Source of the DNA: Deltaproteobacteria bacterium
GTDB lineage: Bacteria; Desulfobacterota; Syntrophobacteria; BM002
Length of the DNA: 63,698 bases
Assembly (NCBI GenBank): GCA_020353155.1
Contig: CP070689.1
Location: 1,765,503 to 1,829,200 of the forward strand
Direction: 5' to 3'
Part shown: piece after piece, positions 9,060 through 18,365 of the stretch
How the letters are laid out: each line of letters starts with the position of its first letter
How positions within the stretch are numbered: position 1 is the first letter of the stretch
Notes under the pieces: model-generated
Databases searched by the model: none
The model's input: the letters and a program-made list of their open reading frames with translations, nothing else
Told to the model about the DNA's origin: nothing
Program-made: the position numbers and the translations under genes

Positions 9060-9315
9060 TCAAGACAAGATTATAAAAAACAGTATTTATTAAGTATTTA
9101 TTAAAAAACTTCATGTAAGTTCTAAAATATCTTTACATAATAATTTGTAAAAATCTGTCTCATCTATACTTTCTTGTTGCACCATTCTTCACGCCTTTGA
9201 TATTATATCAACAGTTTATTTCCACATTCTCATCTCAAAGACAATTGCGACGGCGCACGTCCCAGTGGTATTCCTCTCTCCTATCTCCTGACTTCTGTCT
9301 CCTGAACTCTAACCA

Positions 9316-9882
9316 TTACTCTTCTATGGATCTCAACAAACCATTTTCGAAGTAGAGATATTGAGTTCTGCTGCCTTGTTTTTTATAGGTCCACTGCTCT
9401 CTTACCCCATTGGAGATTTTCTTTTCTTTTATGAAGTCCGGTTTTCCCCAGGCGTAAAACACCATATGAGTATTCATTCCTACGACTATTTTCCCCTCTA
9501 GAATTAACTTTTGCATGTCCTCAGGCCACCCCGACTCCTTAATGGCGAAATACTTGTCCACCTCATCTAGATCACCCTGAATTACCACACCGAGGCTTCT
9601 GTGCACCCATTTGGTGTAGATCACTTTTTCACCCTTTGATTTGCTGTCTGGTTTCGTCCTGGCATCAATGGCTATCCACTTCGCCTCGTAGTCAATAAAA
9701 GTATCGGGGATCTCTGCTATGGTTTCTTTTGCCAGCTGGCCAATGACTCTGTATTTGGTTCCAGGTCCTGAGCGTATGTTTCCTTTCTTTTTGAAGACAA
9801 AATATGCTGACTCTGTTTCAGCGGCTACTCCAAGCAAAAGTATGATGCAGGCAAAAACGATCATGTGCTTTCTAAATTTCAT
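9316..9882 (-). CDS. secreted SH3b-like domain protein
   Basis: ATG at 9882 follows AAGGAA. Signal peptide present. GNIRSGPGTKYRVIGQL is SH3b-like. The C-terminus (GMNTHMVFYAWGKP...YLYFENGLL) is BamE/SmpA-like. Confidence 0.55.
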   Translation of the reverse strand: MKFRKHMIVFACIILLLGVAAETESAYFVFKKKGNIRSGPGTKYRVIGQLAKETIAEIPDTFIDYEAKWIAIDARTKPDSKSKGEKVIYTKWVHRSLGVVIQGDLDEVDKYFAIKESGWPEDMQKLILEGKIVVGMNTHMVFYAWGKPDFIKEKKISNGVREQWTYKKQGSRTQYLYFENGLLRSIEE

Positions 9883-9941
9883 CAATAATTCCTTTCCGCC
9901 TTGCTTCTTATAGCAATAGAGGATTTTTTACATATTCAGGC

Positions 9942-9957
9942 AGCAAGTAATATGCCA
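9942..9957 (-). promoter_or_regulatory. sigma-54-type promoter (TGGCATA-N4-TTGCT)
   Basis: Read on the minus strand. Lies 60 nt upstream of ATG 9882. Confidence 0.6.
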
Positions 9958-10067
9958 GCGAGGAAGAGGAAAACAGCAAGATGTAATTTTGATACATCGG
10001 TTCCTATATTCCAGAGCATCGATTACTTGCCCGATTTTTATGAAGACAGAGGCATCAGAGCTAAAAA

Positions 10068-10083
10068 CGGTACGACCCTTGCA
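10068..10083 (+). promoter_or_regulatory. sigma-54-type promoter candidate (CGGTACG-N4-TTGCA)
   Basis: Lies 44 nt upstream of ATG 10127. Divergent from the promoter at 9942..9957. Confidence 0.5.
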
Positions 10084-10126
10084 ATTCATTTAAAATTCGT
10101 CATTCCTTTTTACGAAAGGATCTAAG

Positions 10127-10501
10127 ATGAAGAAAACTTTAGCCCCTGTGGCCTTATTAGTAATTGTCTTGGCTCTTCTTGGCCTGCCTCGTGCGGGTTC
10201 TGCCGATAGAAGTTTTAAGATTCACTCGCCTCGTGGTGGCCTCGTAACTATTTTGCTCACCAGTTGTGCACTCAAGAATATCAGAATTCATAATCTTGAT
10301 TTCTCAGAAAGCGGAGACACCTTTTCCATGGTTGCGGCTCCCAATGGCTCCTCCAATTTGATCCAGAGCATTTCAGTTGAATTCCAGGAAGGCTCAACAT
10401 CCGTGCAGAGTGAGTTAATTGACGTAGGCCCTGGTAAGACGGCTCAAGAGCTATATTGCCCTGAGAGTTTTGATAAGATAGTCATCGATTGCTTTGGCTA
10501 A
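10127..10501 (+). CDS. small secreted hypothetical protein
   Basis: Signal peptide MKKTLAPVALLVIVLALLGLPRAGSA. RBS AAAGGA upstream. Confidence 0.5.
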   Translation: MKKTLAPVALLVIVLALLGLPRAGSADRSFKIHSPRGGLVTILLTSCALKNIRIHNLDFSESGDTFSMVAAPNGSSNLIQSISVEFQEGSTSVQSELIDVGPGKTAQELYCPESFDKIVIDCFG

Positions 10502-10571
10502 CGAGAGCGAATTGCAAAAACTGAGTGATGACTCACATTGGGGTTAAGACCTGCATTTGCAGGAGGCGAAG

Positions 10572-11390
10572 ATGATTAAATCTTGCTTTATCCTTGAAAG
10601 CGGCGGCAATGAAAAGAGAGTTTTTCCCTTTTACCAAAAGCTCACTATCGGCAGACATTCTTCCAACGACGTTATCTTAGCGGACCGCATGGTGTCCAAG
10701 CGGCATGCGGCAGTTGGCCGGGTTAAAGGTCGTATTGTGGTAAAAGACTTGGGAAGTCGTAACGGTACTTTTGTTAACGGAGAGAGGGTTGAAAAAACCA
10801 TACTTGCCAGTGGAGACAGACTCAAAGTGGGTAGCGCGGTGCTAAGGTTTTTTAGGGAAGAAGAGCGTGGCAAGACCGACCTTGATGGGAGTGCCACCAC
10901 TTCTGGAGGAGTGCAGAAGTTAGGTGAATATTTGATAGAGGCAGGGATTGTTGATGAATTCACCTTGCTCAGAGTTTTAGGAGAGGAAGAAAAGAGCCAA
11001 ACAATTGACCAGATGCTCCTTGACACAGGGATTCTAGATGATTTGAACATAGCGAAATCCCTGGCCAAACAGTTAAAGGTTCCCTTCGTTCGCCTTAAAG
11101 AACTTGAAATACCACAAGAGGTCACTTCACTAGTGCCTGTGGGGGTGGCAAAGTCCCATTTGCTCATGCCAGTTAGAGTATCCGATGGCAAGCTTGTGGT
11201 AGCAATGGCTAACCCGCTGGACTCAGATGCCATTCAGGCTATAAGGTTAGTTACAAGGATGAAAATTGAAGTGGCTGTAGCTCCGCGGCAAGATATTCTC
11301 GAGGCCTTTGTAAGGGCTTACCCCGTAGAATTCCTGGATCAAGTCCTTCAGGGAGCTCCAGATGAGGATGAGGTCACCATAGATCTTTAA
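10572..11390 (+). CDS. FHA domain protein with C-terminal T2SSE_N/MshEN-type domain
   Basis: ATG at 10572 follows AGGAGG. FHA motifs: LTIGRHSSNDVILADRMVSKRHA and GSRNGTFVNGE. The C-terminal part (KLGEYLIEAGIVDEFTLLRVLGEE, then LLDTGILDDLNIAKSLAKQL, then PLDSDAIQAIR) matches the GspE/MshE N-terminal domain. Confidence 0.8.
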   Translation: MIKSCFILESGGNEKRVFPFYQKLTIGRHSSNDVILADRMVSKRHAAVGRVKGRIVVKDLGSRNGTFVNGERVEKTILASGDRLKVGSAVLRFFREEERGKTDLDGSATTSGGVQKLGEYLIEAGIVDEFTLLRVLGEEEKSQTIDQMLLDTGILDDLNIAKSLAKQLKVPFVRLKELEIPQEVTSLVPVGVAKSHLLMPVRVSDGKLVVAMANPLDSDAIQAIRLVTRMKIEVAVAPRQDILEAFVRAYPVEFLDQVLQGAPDEDEVTIDL

Positions 11391-11480
11391 CTAGATTGCA
11401 AAACAAGGTGGTTTGCAGCGGACAAATAAGGATTTTTCCGTCTAAACCTTTTGATCATATTGATCATAGAGGAGAAAGAA

Positions 11481-12056
11481 ATGAACAGAAGAATATATAG
11501 CCTGATACTTGTGCTAGCTTTGACTGCCGGTATATGTGGTGGCATTCTTGCCAGCCATTTTTTCGCGGCAACTCCTGTGCTGGCAGAAAAACCGTTGGAG
11601 CCGGAAAAAATTGTTTCGGCTGAGGAGTTTCGCTTGCTTGATAAAGAAGGAAGAATCCTCTCTACTTGGGGAATGTATGCAGGCGGTCCCGGGATAGTGC
11701 TGTTTAGCAAAAACGGACAATTCCGTGCGGTCTTCAGTCTGACATCGCCTGAAGAAGGTCCAGTACTAACCTTTGCTGACAAAGATGGCGTCCATAGAGC
11801 AACTGTGGGATTGGGAGCAAAGAGACAACCCTATCTCACTCTACGAGATCAAGTTGGCAAAGAGCGCATATCCTTATCTTTAGACGATAAGGGTGATCCC
11901 TACTTGGTTCTCTATGATCAGGGTGAAAACGAACGTGCAGTACTTGGCACAGTGGAATTAACCAAGATAAAAAGAACAGGCACTATCGAGAAGGGTTCCG
12001 TTTCTTCCATTATTCTTCTCAATAAAGACGGTGCAGTCACTTGGAAAGCACCCTAG
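11481..12056 (+). CDS. membrane-anchored repeat protein (hypothetical), paralog of 20367..20825
   Basis: ATG at 11481 follows GAGGAG. N-terminal TM segment. Repeated L.L.D..G..R-type beta units. The C-terminus (LLNKDGAVTWKAP) resembles the ILNDQEEVIWSAP end of the 20367 gene. Confidence 0.5.
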   Translation: MNRRIYSLILVLALTAGICGGILASHFFAATPVLAEKPLEPEKIVSAEEFRLLDKEGRILSTWGMYAGGPGIVLFSKNGQFRAVFSLTSPEEGPVLTFADKDGVHRATVGLGAKRQPYLTLRDQVGKERISLSLDDKGDPYLVLYDQGENERAVLGTVELTKIKRTGTIEKGSVSSIILLNKDGAVTWKAP

Positions 12057-12060
12057 AAAG

Positions 12061-12214
12061 AGATTGCGGATTTGGGAAGGCATAGAGCATAGGGCATGGG
12101 CATAGAGTAAAAAGTCAGAAGTCAGAATTTATGATTCATGAGAAAAGCAACGAAGAGAGATTCCCTTTCAACTGCTAGCTACTGACTAATGGCTGCTTGA
12201 ATTGCGGATTGATC
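12061..12214. repeat. composite word-array element with the same module order as 8204 and 53474
   Basis: GGCATAGAGCATAGGGCATGGGCATAGAG-TAAAA-AGTCAGAAGTCAGAAT ... CTGCTAGCTACTGAC. Flanked by AGATTGCGGATTTGGG and GAATTGCGGATTG. Confidence 0.65.
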
Positions 12215-13272
12215 TAATTTGCCTCTAGCGTTGCTCCTTCCTCGAAAGTCGGTAAATTTAATAACTTTCCTGCCCTCAAGACTTTCATCTCTAGATTACC
12301 ATGGTTTATTCCCACGACCTTTTGACGAATCTGGCAGGTGTGTTCTAATTCTGCAGAAACTGTTACACCTTTGACTTCAAGCACAATATCGCCGCCCAGG
12401 AGCAGGTGTTTGCCACCAATTTCGACTGGTATAACTCCCGGCCTTAGGCCGAGCCTGTGGCCTGGCGAATCATCAGCCACCCTCTGGATCAAGAGCCCAG
12501 CGTCTTGGGGCAGGTTTAGGGCCTTTGCCAGTGGACCTGAAACCAGATAGGCCTCAAGGCCAGTCCAGGCCGATCCTTGCTCGAGAAGCAAATTCTTGGC
12601 AGTATTAATACTGGCTGCGAAGCCCAAACCCTCTGAGCCCCCGGAGTGGGAAAGAATATGGCTTACGATACCAATAACCTTGCCGTCCATACTGAACATG
12701 GGGCCGCCTGAATTGCCTTTGTTAATGGCAGCATCGGTCTGCAGAAATTCGATGGGAAGCAGGGAATTACAGACAACTTCGGGGTGTCTCCGACCACTCA
12801 TATAGCCAACGGTCAAAGTGTGATCCACCCCGTAAGGAGCTCCAATGACGAAAATCTCATCTCCAATCTTCACGTTATCCGAATTTCCCAACTCCGCCAC
12901 AGCCAGATTATCAGGTACCTGATTGAGTTGAAGCAAGGCCACGTCAGCTTGGGTCGCAGACCCTACGACCTTTGCTCCCACCATACTGCCGTCCATAAAC
13001 CTCACCATCACCGCGTCCGCTACCTGGACTACATGGGCGGCTGTCATAACTAAACCATCTTTAGAAACAACAATGCCGGACCCTAGCCCACCTTTACCGA
13101 AAGTTACCGCTTGTCCGGACTGGAGACTCGCATACCCACGTTCTTTGGTGAGAATCACGACCACTGCAGGATTAACTTTTTCAAACACCTTACTCAGAGA
13201 ACTAGCGTCGGCTAGGGAAAGCAGAAGGCAAAAGTTAACTAAAAGAAAGAAGAAAAGAGGCTTAACTCGCAT
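12214..13272 (-). CDS. HtrA/DegP-family serine protease (trypsin-like plus PDZ)
   Basis: ATG at 13272 follows AGAGGAG and gives a signal peptide. Catalytic motifs TAAHVV, D in ADVALL, and GNSGGPMF. PDZ-like C-terminus. Confidence 0.85.
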   Translation of the reverse strand: MRVKPLFFFLLVNFCLLLSLADASSLSKVFEKVNPAVVVILTKERGYASLQSGQAVTFGKGGLGSGIVVSKDGLVMTAAHVVQVADAVMVRFMDGSMVGAKVVGSATQADVALLQLNQVPDNLAVAELGNSDNVKIGDEIFVIGAPYGVDHTLTVGYMSGRRHPEVVCNSLLPIEFLQTDAAINKGNSGGPMFSMDGKVIGIVSHILSHSGGSEGLGFAASINTAKNLLLEQGSAWTGLEAYLVSGPLAKALNLPQDAGLLIQRVADDSPGHRLGLRPGVIPVEIGGKHLLLGGDIVLEVKGVTVSAELEHTCQIRQKVVGINHGNLEMKVLRAGKLLNLPTFEEGATLEAN

Positions 13273-13585
13273 GATCGCTCCTCTTGCGCTGGTCACAGCT
13301 CCATGAAATGCGCCACTTTTAGTTCTTAAACTAAAAATCTGAGGTTGTAGGTTTTGCGCCGAAATATAAAATAAAGTGTGTCTTAACAGCAAAGAATCTT
13401 AAAGTTAATACCGCAGCCACTGTTTATCAAGGAGGCAAGAAGATAGTCGTGGGCATCGGATTTTTATTACATGGATGTTCAAGGAGCTTTTGGCACTCAT
13501 CTTGGTAAGGGCAAGGCGCATCCTTCGACAAGCTCAGGACAGGTGGCGCACAGGTTGGAATAGTAAGTAGGTCAGATGGGTGAGA

Positions 13586-13942
13586 CTATTTTGTGGAGTC
13601 GAGCTTTGCTTTATAAAGTTGCTCTACCATATTGCGCAAAACCCGATGCTGAGGGGCGGAAGTTTCGGTGAATCGCACACCCATTCCCGAGGGCATGCTT
13701 TCGGGTTTAGAGCTGTGAGGGTTTGACCAGGCAACCTCTGCTGGGATCTCAAAAGGGCGGTGGTTGGGAGCCATAATGAAAAGTCTGAGCTTTTCTTTAG
13801 GACTCAAGGGCAGGTCACAGCTAATGAACGCCCCTTCATTACTTATGTCCCTAGTCTCCGCCACAACGACCCCCCTGCCGGTTATTATAACGACAGGCCA
13901 TTTCACCCTGACCCTAGTGGGGGTTCTGCGTTCAGTTGCCAT
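13586..13942 (-). CDS. PilZ domain protein
   Basis: RRTPTR and DISNEG motifs, plus GMGVRF. Paralog of 5999, 30899 and 57394. Confidence 0.8.
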   Translation of the reverse strand: MATERRTPTRVRVKWPVVIITGRGVVVAETRDISNEGAFISCDLPLSPKEKLRLFIMAPNHRPFEIPAEVAWSNPHSSKPESMPSGMGVRFTETSAPQHRVLRNMVEQLYKAKLDSTK

Positions 13943-13993
13943 AATTGTTTCCAGCTATAGGTATCACCACGAATAGTTCAGTCGGCATAAGGG

Positions 13994-14009
13994 TGCAACC
14001 TCTGTGCCA
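13994..14009 (-). promoter_or_regulatory. sigma-54-type promoter (TGGCACA-N4-TTGCA)
   Basis: Consensus-perfect on the minus strand. Lies 52 nt upstream of the PilZ ATG at 13942. Confidence 0.65.
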
Positions 14010-14037
14010 TAAAAGCCTGAACTCCGTCTTGATCTTA

Positions 14038-14077
14038 ATTAAAAAAACCTCGCTTCGGCCTGACCGAAATGAGGTTT
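14038..14077 (-). terminator. rho-independent terminator after the EF-hand lipoprotein gene
   Basis: The minus strand reads AAACCTCATTTCGGTCAGGCCGAAGCGAGGTTT followed by a T run. Confidence 0.7.
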
Positions 14078-14101
14078 ATAGAGGGGAGTTAGTGTTAGGG
14101 G

Positions 14102-14413
14102 TTAATATGATCCTGAACTATGTTTGTGTTTTGTTCCGTGTGCTTCTTCGAATTTGTGCCATTCGTCGTGGTCAACCACCTTGTCCTTGTTTGTATCCAA
14201 AATCTCAAAAGCTCTGAGTTCCGCCTCGGGGAAATAATCCTCGAACTCTTCCCACGTAACAATACCATCTCCATTGCTGTCGACTTCGTGGAAGTGGGCC
14301 TGGTAGGATTTGGGATCCGGCAGGTCAGCCTGGTGAAATTTTTGCTTTTTGGCACAACCGAGAGAATGTGCCAATATTAGAGTCAAGGCCAAAGCTATCG
14401 CTATTTGTCTCAT
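14102..14413 (-). CDS. EF-hand calcium-binding lipoprotein
   Basis: Lipobox LAHSLGC. Two EF-hand loops (DSNGDGIVTWEE and DTNKDKVVDHDE). Strong RBS AGGAGG. Confidence 0.75.
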   Translation of the reverse strand: MRQIAIALALTLILAHSLGCAKKQKFHQADLPDPKSYQAHFHEVDSNGDGIVTWEEFEDYFPEAELRAFEILDTNKDKVVDHDEWHKFEEAHGTKHKHSSGSY

Positions 14414-14657
14414 CTGATTTACCTCCTACTTACGTTTCGATCTATTTCTCATCTTAGTCCTTTAGGCTATTGTGAAAGCTAATAATAGCTGTGTATTTGT
14501 CAATCTAAGATCTGAAATCCTGAACCAAGAACCCGCCCGAAGGGTTAGAGTCCGAAGGAGAAATCAGAAATCTACAGCTTGAGTTTAGAGTTTTTCTGCA
14601 GTATCGTCTCAATCACGACCCGACCGGGTTGAATCAAGTGGCGGAGGGAAGATTTCT

Positions 14658-15542
14658 ATGGAAACCGTGGCATTTTTCGGATTAGGTCAGATGGGTCAGG
14701 GTATGGCGTTGCGGTTGCTTGAGGGGGGGTACAAGCTGAACGTGTACAACCGCACCCCGGAGAAAGCAAGAGAGGTTATTGGGAAAGGTGCTGAATTTTT
14801 TTTAGATCCGGCGACCGCGGTCAGCAAGACGAAAGTATTGGTAACCATGCTCTCCGATGACCATGCGGTAAATACGGTAACAAATGAACCGGTGTTGCAA
14901 GCCTTAGGTGATGGCGGGATTCATCTGTCTATGAGTACCATCGGTTCTGCTGCAGCTGAAGAACTGGTTCGGTCTCACGCCAAACACGGGATTTCCTATT
15001 TGGCTTGTCCAGTCTTTGGCCGTCCAGATGCGGCGAGAGCTGGCAAACTGTGGCTCTGTCTAGCCGGAGACGAGAGCGCCAAGGTTCGGATCCGTCCTTT
15101 GTTAGAGTTGATAGGGCAGGGGATCTATGACTTCGGCCCCAGTCCATCTGCTGCAAATGTGGCAAAGCTTGCCGGCAATTTCTTGATTGCATCGGCAATA
15201 GAGGCCATGGCCGAGGCTTTTTGCCTGGCAGAAAAAAACGGAGTTGACCCGAACCAAGTCCACGCTGTTTTGAGCCAAACCCTGTTTGCCTGTCCAATCT
15301 ACCAGAATTACGGCAGATTCATTCTGGAGCAAAATTACTCACCTCCAGGATTTACCCTTGCCCTTGGAAGTAAAGACATGCGGCTTGTGCGCGACACCGC
15401 TCGCAATAGTCAAGTTTCTATGCCCCTGGCCTCTTTACTGGAAGACCGTTTTTTGCGATCTCTTTCTAAGGAACGTGGGGATATGGACTGGACCGCCATT
15501 GCCATAGACCAGCGTGAGGCAGCAGGCTTAACTAACACTTAA
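14658..15542 (+). CDS. NAD(P)-dependent beta-hydroxyacid dehydrogenase family oxidoreductase (3-hydroxyisobutyrate dehydrogenase-like)
   Basis: Rossmann N-terminus VAFFGLGQMGQGMALRLL. About 294 aa, typical of the family. Confidence 0.8.
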   Translation: METVAFFGLGQMGQGMALRLLEGGYKLNVYNRTPEKAREVIGKGAEFFLDPATAVSKTKVLVTMLSDDHAVNTVTNEPVLQALGDGGIHLSMSTIGSAAAEELVRSHAKHGISYLACPVFGRPDAARAGKLWLCLAGDESAKVRIRPLLELIGQGIYDFGPSPSAANVAKLAGNFLIASAIEAMAEAFCLAEKNGVDPNQVHAVLSQTLFACPIYQNYGRFILEQNYSPPGFTLALGSKDMRLVRDTARNSQVSMPLASLLEDRFLRSLSKERGDMDWTAIAIDQREAAGLTNT

Positions 15543-15640
15543 TGGAATCATTGATATTTTTAAAACCACATCCCTTGAGAGTGGATACCTTGCTAATGGG
15601 CAGGTGGTTTAAATCGCAATTCGTACAGGTTGTTTAGCCA

Positions 15641-16618
15641 ATGATACCACTTCGAGACACGATTGATTCCAAGGGTTACCCTATAATAAATACTGCGCTA
15701 ATCGTCAGCAATGTATTGGTGTTCCTGCTTCAGCTAGGACAGGGGGAAGCATTACAGCAATTTATTGTTACCTACGGCCTGGTTCCGGCCCGTTATTCGG
15801 TACCAGCGATTTCTAAGCATTTTAGCCTGGGTCAACAGGCTTTTGCCCTCCTGTCCTTCATGTTTCTCCATGGTGGCTTCTGGCATCTCCTCGGTAACAT
15901 GTGGACCCTATATATATTTGGCGATAATGTGGAAGACCGGCTGGGTCCGGTGAGATATCTTCTCTTCTACCTACTATGTGGAGTTGCCTCAGGTCTTACT
16001 CATTTGTTCCTTAACTGGCACTCTCAGCTTCCTACAGTAGGAGCCAGCGGAGCAATTGCTGGAGTCATGGGTGCCTATTTTCTTCTCTATCCCCATGCCA
16101 AAATACTCACCTTTATACCCATTTTCTTTATCCCTTATTTCATAGAGATCCCGGCTTTTTTCTTCCTCGGAATTTGGTTCATCCTACAATTCCTTAGCGC
16201 TGCCGGAACTCCTGGTCACGGCGGAGGGATTGCATGGTGGGCTCACATCGGAGGTTTTGTTTTTGGAATGGTGTTCTTGAAGCTATTCTTGCGCGCTCCG
16301 GAAACGGGTATTGGCAGGCAAATACGTCAAAAAACCAGCAGGAAGAAGAGCAATCGTTTGCAGTTAATCAAGCCCAAAAGGGTGGCCGATGATCCCCGGG
16401 TATACGGCAATCTTGTCATTACCCCATTAGAGGCCCGATTGGGAACCAGAAAAATACTGAATATTCCCTCAGGCGCTAAAAAGCGCCTTCTCAAGGTAAC
16501 TGTGCCACCCGGCTCCCGCGATGGTGGAGTCCTCCGTCTTACCGGCGCGGGTCCAGAGTTGGGAGATGGCACCAGACAAGACATATATCTCAGGATAACA
16601 GTCGCTCAGAGAAATTGA
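15641..16618 (+). CDS. rhomboid-family intramembrane serine protease with C-terminal DnaJ-CTD-like domain
   Basis: Rhomboid motifs HGGFWHLLGNM, GASGAIAG and HIGGF. The last ~75 aa (LVITPLEARLGTRKILNIPSGAKKRLLKVTVPPGSRDGGVLRLTGAGPE...DIYLRITV) follow the DnaJ C-terminal beta-domain pattern. Confidence 0.8.
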   Translation: MIPLRDTIDSKGYPIINTALIVSNVLVFLLQLGQGEALQQFIVTYGLVPARYSVPAISKHFSLGQQAFALLSFMFLHGGFWHLLGNMWTLYIFGDNVEDRLGPVRYLLFYLLCGVASGLTHLFLNWHSQLPTVGASGAIAGVMGAYFLLYPHAKILTFIPIFFIPYFIEIPAFFFLGIWFILQFLSAAGTPGHGGGIAWWAHIGGFVFGMVFLKLFLRAPETGIGRQIRQKTSRKKSNRLQLIKPKRVADDPRVYGNLVITPLEARLGTRKILNIPSGAKKRLLKVTVPPGSRDGGVLRLTGAGPELGDGTRQDIYLRITVAQRN

Positions 16619-16697
16619 GTTATGTACTGAAGAATGCTGATCTCTAAGCCCTCTGCGATAAGCGTTACGCGATCAAACTGAGAGGGGAGGTTGAGTC

Positions 16698-17360
16698 ATG
16701 AAGTTTACCGATTTTTTATGGGATTCCATAGGGGGGATATATAAGAAGATCCTGGAACATCCCTTCATTCAGGGCCTTACAGACGGATCGCTGTCTGAAG
16801 AGGCCTTTGTTTTTTATGCTGTCCAAGATGCTCTCTATCTTCGCGACTTTGCTCGTGGACTCGCCATCATAGGAGCAAAAGCGCCAGAAGACAGATGGCT
16901 GATGATGTTCGCAGAGCATGCCAGAGATACTATTCAGGTAGAACGTGCACTCCATGAGAGTTTCTTCAGGGATTGGAAACTCACGGAAGAGGAGGTCTAC
17001 AAAACCCCTCCGGCACCCAATAATCTTCTCTACACCTCCTATTTATTAAAGGTCGCCTACGAGCGGCCTTTCCATGAGGGAATGGGTGCCTTTCTTCCTT
17101 GCTATTGGATTTATGGCGAGGTGGGGAAAGAACTTGAGAAAAGAGGATCACCAAAAGAACTGTTCCGCCGCTGGATTCAGACTTATGCCAGTGAGGAATT
17201 TGATTCTATCGTGCAGCAGGTATTGAAGGTTATGGATGAGATCTCGCTGAAATTGACAGACAGCGAGAAGGGTATGGTCCGGGAGCATTTTGTAACAACT
17301 TCAAAGATGGAGTATCTGTTCTGGGATATGGGATTTAGCCAGCAGCGCTGGCCAGTATGA
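16698..17360 (+). CDS. tenA: TenA-family thiaminase II / aminopyrimidine aminohydrolase
   Basis: ILEHPFIQGLTDGSLSEEAFVFYAVQDALYL is typical of TenA. 220 aa. Confidence 0.75.
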   Translation: MKFTDFLWDSIGGIYKKILEHPFIQGLTDGSLSEEAFVFYAVQDALYLRDFARGLAIIGAKAPEDRWLMMFAEHARDTIQVERALHESFFRDWKLTEEEVYKTPPAPNNLLYTSYLLKVAYERPFHEGMGAFLPCYWIYGEVGKELEKRGSPKELFRRWIQTYASEEFDSIVQQVLKVMDEISLKLTDSEKGMVREHFVTTSKMEYLFWDMGFSQQRWPV

Positions 17361-17404
17361 GGTTGAGACAGAGTTCATTAGCAAAAGCGACGATTTCCCA
17401 AGGG

Positions 17405-18130
17405 CTAAAATAAATCGAAAAATTCATATGTTACCCGCCCGGATTGCCTCTCCCATACAACAAAAGACGCCTGATTGTTCATTCCGCGCGGATATCCCAC
17501 CGTACCAGGGTTGACGAAAGAGACTAGCATGATGGGGCTTTCTTCTAAAAGCCTTACGTAAACGTCTGAATTTTGGGTTGGCAGTAGATGGCGATAATCA
17601 AATTTTCCTTCGGCTAAAAGGAACTGAAAGACACTGGGCATATGGGTATGCCCGTAGAAAACTAAAGTTGCGGGGAGGCTTTCCAGTTCCTCGAAAAAAT
17701 CTCTTTCTTTAAATAAATATTTGTCTGCATCAGTCCAAGCGCCGTGGACAACACAACAGTCATCTGTCACCATATTTACTGGTAGTTTGGATAGATAGGA
17801 AAAGTTGTCTTTTGTAAGAACTGATTTGGTCCAGTCGATTTTTTTGAGGGCAAATGGGTTCCATCCTTTGGCTTCACTCTGTCCGCACACCAATCGGTCG
17901 TGATTTCCAGAAATGGTGTGAATAATGCTATGGGCACGGAAAAAATCGACCACCTCATTGGGTTCATGTCCGTAACCCACAAGATCACCACAACAGATTA
18001 TTTGCTCTAATCCTAGTGACTTTACTTTCTTATAAGAGAGTTCAAGACCCCGGAGATTGGCATGGGGATCAGAGATGATTGCCACTCTATCTGCTAGCTG
18101 GATAGAGTGGTCAGTGGTTGCGGTAGTCAT
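17405..18130 (-). CDS. metallophosphoesterase (calcineurin-like)
   Basis: Motifs ISDPH, GDLVGYG, GNHD and GHTH in canonical order. Confidence 0.8.
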   Translation of the reverse strand: MTTATTDHSIQLADRVAIISDPHANLRGLELSYKKVKSLGLEQIICCGDLVGYGHEPNEVVDFFRAHSIIHTISGNHDRLVCGQSEAKGWNPFALKKIDWTKSVLTKDNFSYLSKLPVNMVTDDCCVVHGAWTDADKYLFKERDFFEELESLPATLVFYGHTHMPSVFQFLLAEGKFDYRHLLPTQNSDVYVRLLEESPIMLVSFVNPGTVGYPRGMNNQASFVVWERQSGRVTYEFFDLF

Positions 18131-18365
18131 GGGTTAAATATCAGTGCTCAAGCAATGAATCGTTCAGTGGAGATGTTGTCGTGCTTCCCCCTAACTTGAC
18201 TGGCATCTTATCATTTAGGTCGGTGTTTGTGGAGTTTATCTTTATTAATGGTACAATAACAAATCACTCGACTTTATAGCCGAGACTATCTCCGCCATCA
18301 GAGACGCAGTCTTTTTAGAATTGGCAGCCAGTGATTGATTAAATATCCGCGCTAGGGAGGTTAAA

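Noticed and set aside
10631-11233. 200-aa ORF antisense to the FHA-MshEN gene
   Set aside because: The Ser/Thr/Pro-rich low-complexity translation is typical of the reverse frame of a real gene. The sense strand carries clear FHA and T2SSE_N motifs.
13493-13508. TGGCAC-N5-TTGG on the plus strand
   Set aside because: The -12 GC is replaced by GG, and no plus-strand gene follows for more than 1 kb.
16619-16697. Possible TPP riboswitch upstream of tenA (CTGAGA-like string)
   Set aside because: Only 79 nt are available. The conserved ACCUGAUCUGGAUAAUGCCAGCG core is absent, and the CTGAGAGGGGAGG string is simply the RBS region.
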